A stretch of DNA of 64,000 bases, taken from the NCBI GenBank assembly GCA_041645555.1, contig JBAZPX010000001.1, forward strand, positions 204,731 through 268,730, given 5' to 3'. Source of the DNA: Patescibacteria group bacterium (lineage in GTDB: Bacteria; Patescibacteriota; Patescibacteriia; Patescibacteriales; JAQTRU01). Position numbers and translations under genes: made by a program. Of this stretch, positions 1-8,237 are shown one piece after another. The notes under the pieces were generated by a model, which saw only the letters and a list, made by a program, of their open reading frames with translations, was not told where the DNA came from and made no database searches. The first letter of the stretch is position 1; every line of letters begins with the position of its first letter.

Positions 1-669
1 ATAGTTTTGGGGGCGATCGCCTTTTTAATGCTGCTGCAGCCGGATATCGGGACTCTATCTATTATTGCCCTTGTCTCTTTAATTGTTTATTTTATCGGCG
101 GGGGAAAAATTTTTCATATTCTGGTTATGATAACCATCGGCGTTCTGGCTTTTGCCGTCATGGTCCATTATAAACCTTACCAGATGGATCGTTTCCGGTG
201 CTTGGCTGACCCGGGTTTCAGCAGCAATGATATTTGCTATCAGGTTAACCAGTCTTTAATTGCCGTTGGTTCCGGCGGATTTTGGGGCCGGGGGCTAGGA
301 GAGAGCCGGCAGAAATTTATGTATTTGCCGGAAGTGAGCGGCGACTCAATTTTTCCTATCATTGCCGAAGAAACCGGCTTAATCTTCAGCGGGCTGTTGG
401 TAATTTTATATATCTACGTTTTTTACCGCGGTTATTTAATCGCTAAATACGCGCCTGATATGTTCGGCCGGATTTTGGCCATAGGCATTGTAAGCTGGAT
501 TGTTATTCAGGCGATTTTTAATATTGGCGGCATGGTTAATCTTCTGCCCATGACCGGCGTGCCTTTGCCCTTTATTAGTTATGGCGGGACAGCCATAATT
601 TCGTCTTTGGCCGCGATTGGGATATTAATTAATATCAGCAAACATACGAAGATGGGGGTTAGGTGTTAA
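1..669 (+). CDS. ftsW: SEDS-family FtsW/RodA peptidoglycan polymerase/flippase, C-terminal part (5' end outside window)
   Basis: Frame 1 is open from base 1. SEDS hallmarks are present (GSGGFWGRGLGES, YLPE..DSIF, PLPFISYGG). It lies directly upstream of murG, as in dcw clusters. Confidence 0.85.
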   Translation: MVLGAIAFLMLLQPDIGTLSIIALVSLIVYFIGGGKIFHILVMITIGVLAFAVMVHYKPYQMDRFRCLADPGFSSNDICYQVNQSLIAVGSGGFWGRGLGESRQKFMYLPEVSGDSIFPIIAEETGLIFSGLLVILYIYVFYRGYLIAKYAPDMFGRILAIGIVSWIVIQAIFNIGGMVNLLPMTGVPLPFISYGGTAIISSLAAIGILINISKHTKMGVRC

Positions 670-683
670 TTATTTTTTCATTT

Positions 684-822
684 TTGTCATCTCGACGATC
701 TCGTACCGCCGAGGCGGGACGAGGGAGGAGAGATCTGTAATAGGATGTTAGCGGTGTTGATAATGTATTATAGATTTCTCCCCGCTCAATGCGCTACGCT
801 TATGAGCGGGTCGAAATGACAA
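684..822. mobile_element. MITE-like non-coding element, family 1 (termini ttgtcatctcga ... tcgaaatgacaa)
   Basis: It has terminal inverted repeats. A homologous copy at 30621-30742 shares gaRatctgtaata, tattatagatttctc and gggtcgaaatgacaa. There is no credible ORF. Confidence 0.7.
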
Positions 823-841
823 AATATATACTTTAAAAATT

Positions 842-874
842 AAAAAAAGACCTACTGTGTTGCTTAGTAGGTCT
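842..874 (-). terminator. Rho-independent terminator abutting the stop of the 61-aa ORF
   Basis: Stem agacctact (848-856) pairs with agtaggtct (866-874). The A-run at 842-848 gives a U-run on the minus strand. Confidence 0.7.
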
Positions 875-1060
875 TTAAGAAGAATCCTGGCAGACTGGGC
901 CTGTGCCCTTACCAGTTTTGGCGCAAATACAGACGCCGGAGTATAAGCCATTTTCATTCGCTTTCATCCATGGCAAATACTTTAAAAAATAACCGCATTT
1001 CATGCATTTTTCCGGATTCACTCCCGGATAGGCATTTTTAACAAGAGCAGTAGCGGCCAT
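875..1060 (-). CDS. Small cysteine-rich protein (61 aa), unknown function
   Basis: GGGAGGTG Shine-Dalgarno lies 7 nt upstream of the ATG, and a terminator hairpin follows the stop immediately. It has five Cys, including a CMKCG knuckle and CICAKTGKGTGPVC. Confidence 0.6.
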   Translation of the reverse strand: MAATALVKNAYPGVNPEKCMKCGYFLKYLPWMKANENGLYSGVCICAKTGKGTGPVCQDSS

Positions 1061-1110
1061 AATTGCACCTCCCTATGTAAAGTTCAATTATCTTTTAGCC
1101 AAACATAAAG

Positions 1111-2223
1111 ATGATACAGCAAAAAAATAAAAATGTCAAAGTACTTCTAACTGGCGGGGGAACCGGAGGCTCGGTTTCGCCGCTTTTGGCGGTGGCTTCC
1201 GGACTTCGGATGTCGGATGTCGGACTTCGGACATATGAATTTTTGTGGGTGGGGACAAAATTTGGTCCAGAGCGGGAAATGGTTGAGAAAGACGGTATTA
1301 AATTTATAGCTATACCGAGTGGAAAATTAAGGCGTTATTTTTCTTTAAATAATTTTTTAGATCCTTTTAAGATTATTGCCGGATTTTTTAAATCTTTTTT
1401 TATAATTTTAAAATTCAAGCCGGATTTAATAATGACGGCTGGCGCTTTCGTGAGTGTGCCGATAGTTTGGGCGGGTTGGGTTCTGCGCGTACCGATTTTG
1501 GTTCATCAGCAGGACGTGCGGCCCGGCTTGGCTAACAAATTAATGGCGTTGTTTGCCCGCGTGGTTACCGTAACTTTTGAAGAATCATTGGCTAGCTATG
1601 GGAAGAAAGCGGTTTGGACAGGAAATCCCGTCAGATTTCAGATTTCAGATTTCAGATTTCAGATTGACGAATTTTGTAAGAAATATGGATTAAAAAGGAA
1701 CTTGCCAATAGTCTTAGTGGTTGGAGGGGGAACCGGCGCAGAAGCAATTAATAAACTGGTTTGGGAGAGTTTGGATGAACTAGTAAAAATTTGTCAGATT
1801 ATCCATATAACGGGAAAGAAAAAGGGAATCAGGAATCAGGAATCAGGAATCAGGAATTATGTTTCTTATGATTTTCTTGAACATGAAAAAGTGATGGGGA
1901 TTATGCAAGCGGCGGATTTGGTGGTTTCGCGAGCTGGGCTGGGATTTTTGACGGAAATTTCCTATTTAGGAAAACCGGCAATTATAATTCCGATTCCGGA
2001 TTCGCACCAGGAAGATAATGCCCAAGTATTTGTTAAAGATGAAGCGGCGATAATTTTAGACCAGAAAAAATTGACAGCAAAGGATTTTGCTAATAAGATA
2101 GGAGAATTATTAAAAGATGAAACTTTACGCCGTAAGTTAAGTAACAATGTGGCCGAGGTTATGAAGAAGGGGGCGAATGAAGCGATTGCGAAAATCGTGG
2201 AACTGGTAGCACGCAACGCCTAA
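1111..2223 (+). CDS. murG: UDP-GlcNAc:lipid I N-acetylglucosaminyltransferase MurG
   Basis: N-terminal LLTGGGTGGSVSPLLAVA glycine loop and C-terminal GT28 motifs (VVSRAGLGFLTEISYLGKPAIIIP). dcw-cluster context. Confidence 0.9.
   Translation: MIQQKNKNVKVLLTGGGTGGSVSPLLAVASGLRMSDVGLRTYEFLWVGTKFGPEREMVEKDGIKFIAIPSGKLRRYFSLNNFLDPFKIIAGFFKSFFIILKFKPDLIMTAGAFVSVPIVWAGWVLRVPILVHQQDVRPGLANKLMALFARVVTVTFEESLASYGKKAVWTGNPVRFQISDFRFQIDEFCKKYGLKRNLPIVLVVGGGTGAEAINKLVWESLDELVKICQIIHITGKKKGIRNQESGIRNYVSYDFLEHEKVMGIMQAADLVVSRAGLGFLTEISYLGKPAIIIPIPDSHQEDNAQVFVKDEAAIILDQKKLTAKDFANKIGELLKDETLRRKLSNNVAEVMKKGANEAIAKIVELVARNA
1201..1235 (+). repeat. Period-7 array inside murG (ggacttc ggatgtc ggatgtc ggacttc ggacata)
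   Basis: Read directly from the sequence. It encodes GLRMSDVGLRT in a variable MurG loop. Confidence 0.85.
1631..1665 (+). repeat. Heptanucleotide tandem repeat (tcagatt x5) inside murG
   Basis: Five perfect 7-nt units. It encodes RFQISDFRFQI. Confidence 0.9.
1824..1857 (+). repeat. Heptanucleotide tandem repeat (ggaatca x4 + ggaatt) inside murG
   Basis: Perfect units encoding GIRNQESGIRN. The same array, in the same frame, occurs in murC at 6041-6067. Confidence 0.9.
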
Positions 2224-2239
2224 CGAGTTTTACGGAAAT

Positions 2240-2267
2240 AAAAAAACCGCCAGCGAAATTCCGGCAG
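2240..2267 (-). terminator. Rho-independent terminator of the 135-aa membrane protein gene
   Basis: On the minus strand, CUGCCGG pairs with CUGGCGG (with G-U pairs) and is followed by a U7 run. Confidence 0.55.
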
Positions 2268-2278
2268 TCTGTCTCCCC

Positions 2279-2686
2279 CTATAAGAGGAATTTTGTTATA
2301 TTAACGTATAAAGCGTAAAGCAGAGCTAATAGAGAAAACGCAAAGATGGCAATGTAATTCCACTGGGCCTTGCTTGACCGCAGGCTCTTGGCAATATAGA
2401 GCAGAACGTTGCGGTCGCCCTTATTAAGTGGCTTATCGTGGTATAATTTATAGATAATTTTCCGTTCAATGATTAATTTTTTCCGTTTGTGCTCTATGTT
2501 GTAGCGGTGGGCAAAGTACCAAACAAAACCGATAGTGCCGATGTACCAGGCAATTTCTACCCAAAGCGCCGAGTAAAAGTTTAAGACGACAATGATGCGG
2601 TAGGCAATCGTAGCGATAATGCCAACCCAAAATACAAGCAGGCGGTAGGATTTGTGCGAAGTTTTCATTTTCTTTTTTTCGGGCAT
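2279..2686 (-). CDS. Small integral membrane protein (about 3 TM helices), unknown function
   Basis: Hydrophobic helices are visible in the translation, and a terminator lies downstream. AT-rich accessory context. Confidence 0.55.
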   Translation of the reverse strand: MPEKKKMKTSHKSYRLLVFWVGIIATIAYRIIVVLNFYSALWVEIAWYIGTIGFVWYFAHRYNIEHKRKKLIIERKIIYKLYHDKPLNKGDRNVLLYIAKSLRSSKAQWNYIAIFAFSLLALLYALYVNITKFLL

Positions 2687-2812
2687 ATTTTAGCAATCAA
2701 TAAATATTAAAGAGTATTGATTATTTATTGCTTTATTTTACCATACTTTTCAATTATGAGAAAGAACGCATATTGCATAGTTAGGTAAAATATTAAAATT
2801 ACTTGTTTTAAA

Positions 2813-3499
2813 ATGAATAATACAACGGATTATAAAATAATTGTTCGCGCTCAAACTGCCGATGAAGAGTTTAACTATCTTATCAAAGTTCTCGGGAAAA
2901 TGTCGTTTTATAATGAGCATGGCTACAAGATACCGATTCCTGATCATCCATTTTTTCTAAAAATTTCCAATAATCTTGATTTGCTTAAATCGTTGGATAT
3001 GGAAGAAGCGAGAGATATATTTAAAAGAGAAGTATATGATTTAGATTATTTTAAAAATGGATTGAAGACCGTAATCAAAGGAATTAGTTTAGCTGAAAAA
3101 GCGATAAAAAGAATGGAAAAATGGAAAAGCTGGGGATTTAAACTTTTTCCAAAATATGAAATTAGGCTGACGGCCTATGGACCGGGAGGATCATATGATT
3201 TTGATGCGGGGGATATTATTATAAAAACAAAGAAAGACGGCATATTTAAGCGTCGCAATCCAATTCATACTATAGTCCATGAAATTGTCCACATCGGAAT
3301 TGAAGAGTGCATTATAAAAAAGTTTAAACTAACGCATATTGAAAAAGAGGGACTTGTGGACGCAATATGCGCAAATTATTTTAAAGATATTTTAATTGAT
3401 TATGCAATACAAGAACGCGGTGATAAAAATATCTTTAATATTATTTCTGAAAATAGTATAGAAAACCTGCCAAAAAAATTGAAGAATACAAAAAAATAA
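2813..3499 (+). CDS. Hypothetical protein with an HExxH motif (putative zinc metallopeptidase-like)
   Basis: 228-aa ORF containing TIVHEIVHIGIEE. I recognise no family. Confidence 0.55.
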   Translation: MNNTTDYKIIVRAQTADEEFNYLIKVLGKMSFYNEHGYKIPIPDHPFFLKISNNLDLLKSLDMEEARDIFKREVYDLDYFKNGLKTVIKGISLAEKAIKRMEKWKSWGFKLFPKYEIRLTAYGPGGSYDFDAGDIIIKTKKDGIFKRRNPIHTIVHEIVHIGIEECIIKKFKLTHIEKEGLVDAICANYFKDILIDYAIQERGDKNIFNIISENSIENLPKKLKNTKK

Positions 3500-3512
3500 A
3501 GATTTTATAAAT

Positions 3513-3986
3513 ATGGCTCAAATTTATCAGACAGAAAATTTTATTGTTGAGGCCGTCGAACAACCACACGTTACTCGCACCGATGGCGGTCATCTGAAAA
3601 TTTCCCCCAAAGTGAGACTTATTGACCGTACGCAACTTTCACCTAAATTGGCGATTGAGCTTATGCGATTGACTATGCTGGTTGGCAAAGCAATGACCAT
3701 CGGCCTAAACAATCGAGGAATTGATGTGGGCAGGATAAACTATCAAGACAATGGCAATTGGAGCGTCTTTAAGCCGGAAGGTCCATATTTGCATATTCAT
3801 TTGTATGGTCGAGCTAAGAGCGCTAAAATTCATAAGTGGGGCGACGCTTGTAATTTCCCACATCGTGAAACTGGATTTTATGATAAATTTGAGCCTTTAG
3901 ATAATAAAGATATTTTAGAAATACAAAAACAAATTGAGATTTTGTTACGGCAAGATAAATATCAAGCTTCGGAGTGGGGGCTTTAA
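3513..3986 (+). CDS. HIT (histidine triad)-like nucleotide hydrolase/transferase family protein
   Basis: Histidine-triad-like motif HLHIHLYGR near the expected position. The size (157 aa) is typical of the family. Confidence 0.55.
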   Translation: MAQIYQTENFIVEAVEQPHVTRTDGGHLKISPKVRLIDRTQLSPKLAIELMRLTMLVGKAMTIGLNNRGIDVGRINYQDNGNWSVFKPEGPYLHIHLYGRAKSAKIHKWGDACNFPHRETGFYDKFEPLDNKDILEIQKQIEILLRQDKYQASEWGL

Positions 3987-4027
3987 AAAATTAAACATCG
4001 CATAACGTGGAACGTATAACATTAAAC

Positions 4028-4140
4028 TGTCATTCCCGCGAAAGCGGGAATCCAGGAGTGAACCATACGAATTAGACTTTGCAGAAAAGAAGATTAAAAT
4101 CACGCAACCCTGGATTCCGGCTCGGAGGCCGGAATGACAA
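4028..4140. mobile_element. MITE-like element, family 2 (tgtcattcccgcgaaagcgggaatccagg ... cctggattccggctcggaggccggaatgaca)
   Basis: About 30-nt terminal inverted repeats, each itself a hairpin. The element is 113 bp with no ORF. Confidence 0.7.
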
Positions 4141-4213
4141 GGGGTGGGAATGGGAGATAGTACGGAATATCCGATTCGCGAGCTAAATAAAATTATTTTT
4201 TATAAAATATATA

Positions 4214-4471
4214 ATGGATAATCTTATGGAAATATTATCTTTAATTTTTTCACTGTTAGCTTTAATCGTTTCTTCTTTTATTGCAATCAAAGGTTGGATG
4301 AGAAATAGAACCATTTACAATCTTGAATTTCATGAATTTTTACCAGACAAGCTTAGAGATGTTGGCAATAAAACAATTCGTGAAAAACTTAATTCCGGTG
4401 ATTATACAATATTGCATGCAAATTATACAGGCGCACAATACAATGTGTTGCTAGGTAAATTAAAAAAATAA
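4214..4471 (+). CDS. Small single-pass membrane protein, unknown function
   Basis: 85-aa ORF with an N-terminal hydrophobic helix (ILSLIFSLLALIVSSFIAI). There is no homology signal. Confidence 0.4.
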   Translation: MDNLMEILSLIFSLLALIVSSFIAIKGWMRNRTIYNLEFHEFLPDKLRDVGNKTIREKLNSGDYTILHANYTGAQYNVLLGKLKK

Positions 4472-4780
4472 TTTTATTCTTAACGCTCACTCTCCCTAAT
4501 TCAGCCACTTTTTAATTATAATAATTATAAATTTATGGAATATTTTGATTGGCCATTTATTATTAATGTAGCAATCGGTATCATTATTGGTGGTATAGTT
4601 TTATATTTACTTAAGGTTGCAGAGGAGTTAATTGTGGAAAAGTTGATGGACAGATAAAAGTAGACAAACTTTAGATATGCCGAAACGTTAGGCGAAATAG
4701 TTATTAAGAAAGGAGAAAAAATGATTTAAAAATAGGGCATATACATAGTAGTGTTATGCGTTGCGCGTTATGCGAATAAT

Positions 4781-6205
4781 ATGGATTTATCCAAGATAAA
4801 AAACATATACATGATCGGCATCAAAGGCGTGGGCATGACTATGCTCGCGCAGTTTTTGGCTGGCAAGGGTTTTTCCGTAAGCGGATCTGATATAAAGGAA
4901 AAATTTATGACGGATGAAGTTTTAAAGGATGCCGGCATAAAAGTGATAGAAGGGTTTTCTAAAGATAATCTTCCGAATGACGTTGATTTAATTATTTATT
5001 CCACGGCCTATAACGGAGAAAACAATGCGGAAGTGGCTAAGGCGCTAGCTGGTAAAACCAAAATCTTAACTTATGCCGAGGCCTTAGCGGAATTTTTTAA
5101 TTCCCATTTTGGCATAGCGGTAATCGGCTCGCACGGTAAAACTACGACCACGGCCTGGCTTGGATTCGTGCTCTCGCAAGCTGGCCTAGAGCCGAACGTT
5201 TTAGTCGGTTCCCGCGTTCCCCAATTTAACGGCTCCAGTCTGGTTGGTAAATCAGATTATTTGGTAGCGGAAATTGATGAATACCAGAATAAGTTTAAAT
5301 ATTTCCAGCCCCGGGCCACAATTCTTACCAATATTGATTATGACCATCCGGATTTTTTCCCGACCAAGCAGGATTATGAAGACGCTTTTATAAAATTTAT
5401 TGAAAAGCTTCCGGCTCGCGGTTTCCTGGTCGCTAATTTTGACGACCCTGCCATACGCAAAACCGTTAATGTCAATTGCCGGGCTAAAGTAATAAGTTAT
5501 GCCTTAAACGAAGTGGCCGATTATGTCGCTTATGATATTAAACAGGGAGCGGGAAAGCAATTTTTTAAAGTTAAGTTCGGTCTGGATGAAGAGGAAGCGG
5601 AAGGAGAAAGAGACGACCTATTGGGAGATTTTTCTATTCAGCTTTCCGGAGCGCATAACGTTTCTAACGCTTTGGCCGTGATTGCGGCAGGGATTGAGCT
5701 GGACGTTCCTTTAAATCTTATCAGGACTTATCTTGAAGAGTTTTCCGGCACGGCCCGGCGCATGCAGGTTTTAGGAGAGTACCGGGGAGCGACGATTATT
5801 GACGATTACGCCCATCACCCCACGGAAATAAAAGCGACCTTGGCCGGCGCCAGGCAGATTTATCCGAATAAAAAAATAATTGTGGTTTTCCATCCTCACA
5901 CTTTTACCCGCACCAAAGCTTTGCTTGATGATTTTTCCAAAAGTTTCGGACAGGCGGATGAAGTGATAGTTTTGGATATTTACGGGTCGGCGAGGGAGAA
6001 ACAAGGCGGGGTTAGCAGTAAAGATGTAGTGGAGAAAATTGGAATCAGGAATCAGGAATCAGGAATTAAGCAAAAATTAAACTATATTTCAACTCTTAGC
6101 GAATGTGAGAAGTATTTGCGGGAGAAGGCGGAGAGGGGAGACGTTATAATTTTAATGGGAGCCGGAGACGTTTTCCGCATCGGGGAGAACTTGGTAAAGG
6201 GCTAA
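4781..6205 (+). CDS. murC: UDP-N-acetylmuramate--L-alanine ligase MurC
   Basis: Mur ligase motifs are present (GIKGVGMT, GSHGKTTTT, DDYAHHPTE). I place the start at the ATG at 4781 (MDLSKIKNIYMIGIKG) rather than the GTG at 4751. Confidence 0.9.
   Translation: MDLSKIKNIYMIGIKGVGMTMLAQFLAGKGFSVSGSDIKEKFMTDEVLKDAGIKVIEGFSKDNLPNDVDLIIYSTAYNGENNAEVAKALAGKTKILTYAEALAEFFNSHFGIAVIGSHGKTTTTAWLGFVLSQAGLEPNVLVGSRVPQFNGSSLVGKSDYLVAEIDEYQNKFKYFQPRATILTNIDYDHPDFFPTKQDYEDAFIKFIEKLPARGFLVANFDDPAIRKTVNVNCRAKVISYALNEVADYVAYDIKQGAGKQFFKVKFGLDEEEAEGERDDLLGDFSIQLSGAHNVSNALAVIAAGIELDVPLNLIRTYLEEFSGTARRMQVLGEYRGATIIDDYAHHPTEIKATLAGARQIYPNKKIIVVFHPHTFTRTKALLDDFSKSFGQADEVIVLDIYGSAREKQGGVSSKDVVEKIGIRNQESGIKQKLNYISTLSECEKYLREKAERGDVIILMGAGDVFRIGENLVKG
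6041..6067 (+). repeat. Heptanucleotide tandem repeat (ggaatca x3 + ggaatt) inside murC
   Basis: Encodes GIRNQESGI, the same unit and frame as murG 1824-1857. Confidence 0.9.
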
Positions 6206-6286
6206 GATTGAAACCTTTTTACTGATTTTACGTATATTTATAGAGGGAAAGAGAAATTCCTCTTATTTTTATTGGTTGTCATATTT

Positions 6287-8080
6287 ATGATTGAAAAAGA
6301 ATTAAATCTAAAACTGGACAGAAGGCCGATTAATATGCGCCAGTTTTGGCTAAGACTGTGGCGGTTAATCGCGCCGGCGCATAAGCAAATTATTTATTTG
6401 CTTGTTTTAACAATGTTTTTAGAAGGATCTAAATTCATCGGCCCATATTTAGTTAAAAGAATTATTGACTTAATTACCGACTTTAAAGTTGAGTATATAG
6501 AAAATATAATAATTTTGATTATTTTGATATTAATTTCCGATTTGTTAGTCAACCTCATAGATTATTTCGGGGATAAAAAAATATTTAGAATTATTGTCGG
6601 CGTGGAAAGGTATTTATCAATTAACGCCCAGAAGAAAATGGTAGAGCTGGGGCTGGCTTACCATGAAAAAGAAAATACCGGCAATAAAATTTTTAAGATT
6701 CATAGGGGTATTGATAAGATAACCGACCTGATAGGCAATTTTTTCTGGGAAGTCGGGCCGACGATTATCCAGGTGGTTATGACCGGAGTTATTTTATTTT
6801 TGGTTGACTGGCGTTTTGGCTTAATTTTTTCCCTTTTTACCCCGGTTTTTATTTATCTGACCGCGAAGCTGAATAAAAAAATTTCTCCCTTGCGCCGATT
6901 GAGGCATGATTTGTACGAAGAAGCCGCCGGCAAAATGACCCAGACAATAATAAATATTAATACCGTGAAATCATTCGTCCAGGAGGAGAGAGAGGTAAAC
7001 GAGTTTAAAAAGATAAAAGATAAAAGCAAGAAAGTCGCGCTGTTCGAATTTTTTAAGATGCTTAGCTATAATTATTCCCGCAGCGCGGTTATAACCGCCG
7101 GCCGGGTTTTAATAATACTTTTCGGCGTTTATTTGGTTTGGAACGGCGGCATTACTATCGGCAGTTTAGTCTTTATAATTACGATTTCGGAAAAGGCCCT
7201 TGTTTCCCTATTTAGAATTTCCCGGCTTTATGACCGGATTATGGATTCAAGCGAGGCGATTGACCGCCTTTATAAACTGGCTAATCAGGAACTTGATATT
7301 ATTAACCCGGCTAATGGCCTTAAAGTGAAAGACCTGCGGGGCCAGGTTGAGTTTAAAGGCGTAACTTTCATTTATAAAGACAGCCGAGTAAGGGCGCTTG
7401 ATAAAGTAGATTTTAAAATAAATTCCGGCTGCACCACGGCTTTAATCGGCCCGTCCGGCGGCGGAAAAACTACGGTCGCGCGCCTGATTTACCGGCATTA
7501 TGATCCGCAAAGCGGGACGGTATTTTTGGACGATAAGAATTTAAAAGACTATGATTTATATGAGTTTAGAAAATTTATAGCGATTGTGCCGCAGGAAGTA
7601 GAAGTTTTTAATACGAGCGTAAAAGATAATATTTCTTACGCCAACCCGGGCGCTAGCTTGGCGGAGATCAAGGCCGCGGCCAAAATTGCCAATGCCGACG
7701 AGTTTATTGACCAGTTATCGGATAAATATGAAACTTTGGTCGGGGAACGGGGGATTAAACTCTCCGGCGGGCAGAAGCAAAGAATCGGCATTGCCCGGGC
7801 GGTTTTGGCTAATCCGCGGATTTTGATTTTTGACGAAGCGACTTCTAATTTAGACAGCAAAAGCGAAAAATTAATTCAGGAAGCGATGGAAAAAATTAAA
7901 CGGGGCAGAACCGTAATAGTTATTGCCCATCGCTTAAGCACGATAAAGAAAGCGGATAAAATTATTGTTTTAGAAGACGGGAAAGTGTCTGAAGAGGGCA
8001 GCCACTATGAGTTAGCCAGTAGAAATGGCGGCTTGTACGCCGAACTGTTAAAGTTGCAGAGGATGGGGGACGTGGACTAG
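6287..8080 (+). CDS. ABC transporter, fused permease/ATPase (MsbA/ABCB-type exporter)
   Basis: Six-TM N-terminal domain, Walker A GPSGGGKTT, signature LSGGQKQRIGIARA and Walker B ILIFDEATS. The ATG at 6287 is preferred over the TTG at 6272. Confidence 0.85.
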   Translation: MIEKELNLKLDRRPINMRQFWLRLWRLIAPAHKQIIYLLVLTMFLEGSKFIGPYLVKRIIDLITDFKVEYIENIIILIILILISDLLVNLIDYFGDKKIFRIIVGVERYLSINAQKKMVELGLAYHEKENTGNKIFKIHRGIDKITDLIGNFFWEVGPTIIQVVMTGVILFLVDWRFGLIFSLFTPVFIYLTAKLNKKISPLRRLRHDLYEEAAGKMTQTIININTVKSFVQEEREVNEFKKIKDKSKKVALFEFFKMLSYNYSRSAVITAGRVLIILFGVYLVWNGGITIGSLVFIITISEKALVSLFRISRLYDRIMDSSEAIDRLYKLANQELDIINPANGLKVKDLRGQVEFKGVTFIYKDSRVRALDKVDFKINSGCTTALIGPSGGGKTTVARLIYRHYDPQSGTVFLDDKNLKDYDLYEFRKFIAIVPQEVEVFNTSVKDNISYANPGASLAEIKAAAKIANADEFIDQLSDKYETLVGERGIKLSGGQKQRIGIARAVLANPRILIFDEATSNLDSKSEKLIQEAMEKIKRGRTVIVIAHRLSTIKKADKIIVLEDGKVSEEGSHYELASRNGGLYAELLKLQRMGDVD

Positions 8081-8123
8081 CGATTTTAGAATTAAGATTT
8101 TAGAATTAAGATTTAAATAAAAA

Positions 8124-8151
8124 AACGCTCGGGTGCTGCCTGAGCGTTTTT
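8124..8151 (+). terminator. Rho-independent terminator after the ABC transporter gene
   Basis: Hairpin acgctc...gagcgt followed by ttttt. Confidence 0.65.
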
Positions 8152-8200
8152 GATGGGTCAAGGGCTGGATTTTTATCTGTTTTTTTGGTAAAATTTGTAG

Positions 8201-8235
8201 TAGGATTATTAAGATTTTTGGGATTCTTAGGATTT
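8201..8235. repeat. Intergenic word array (taggatt/aagattt words) upstream of murB
   Basis: taggattattaagatttttgggattcttaggattt. The same word set recurs downstream of murB at 9180-9222. Confidence 0.8.
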
Positions 8236-8237
8236 GT

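Noticed and set aside
748-957. 69-aa minus-strand ORF
   Set aside because: It runs through the MITE-like element and the terminator hairpin, and it overlaps the better-supported 61-aa ORF in another frame.
8083-8115. Short tandem or inverted word arrays here and in about a dozen other spacers, considered as possible CRISPR arrays
   Set aside because: The period is only 7-14 nt, there are no unique spacers between the repeats, and no cas genes lie in the window. They are word palindromes, not CRISPR.
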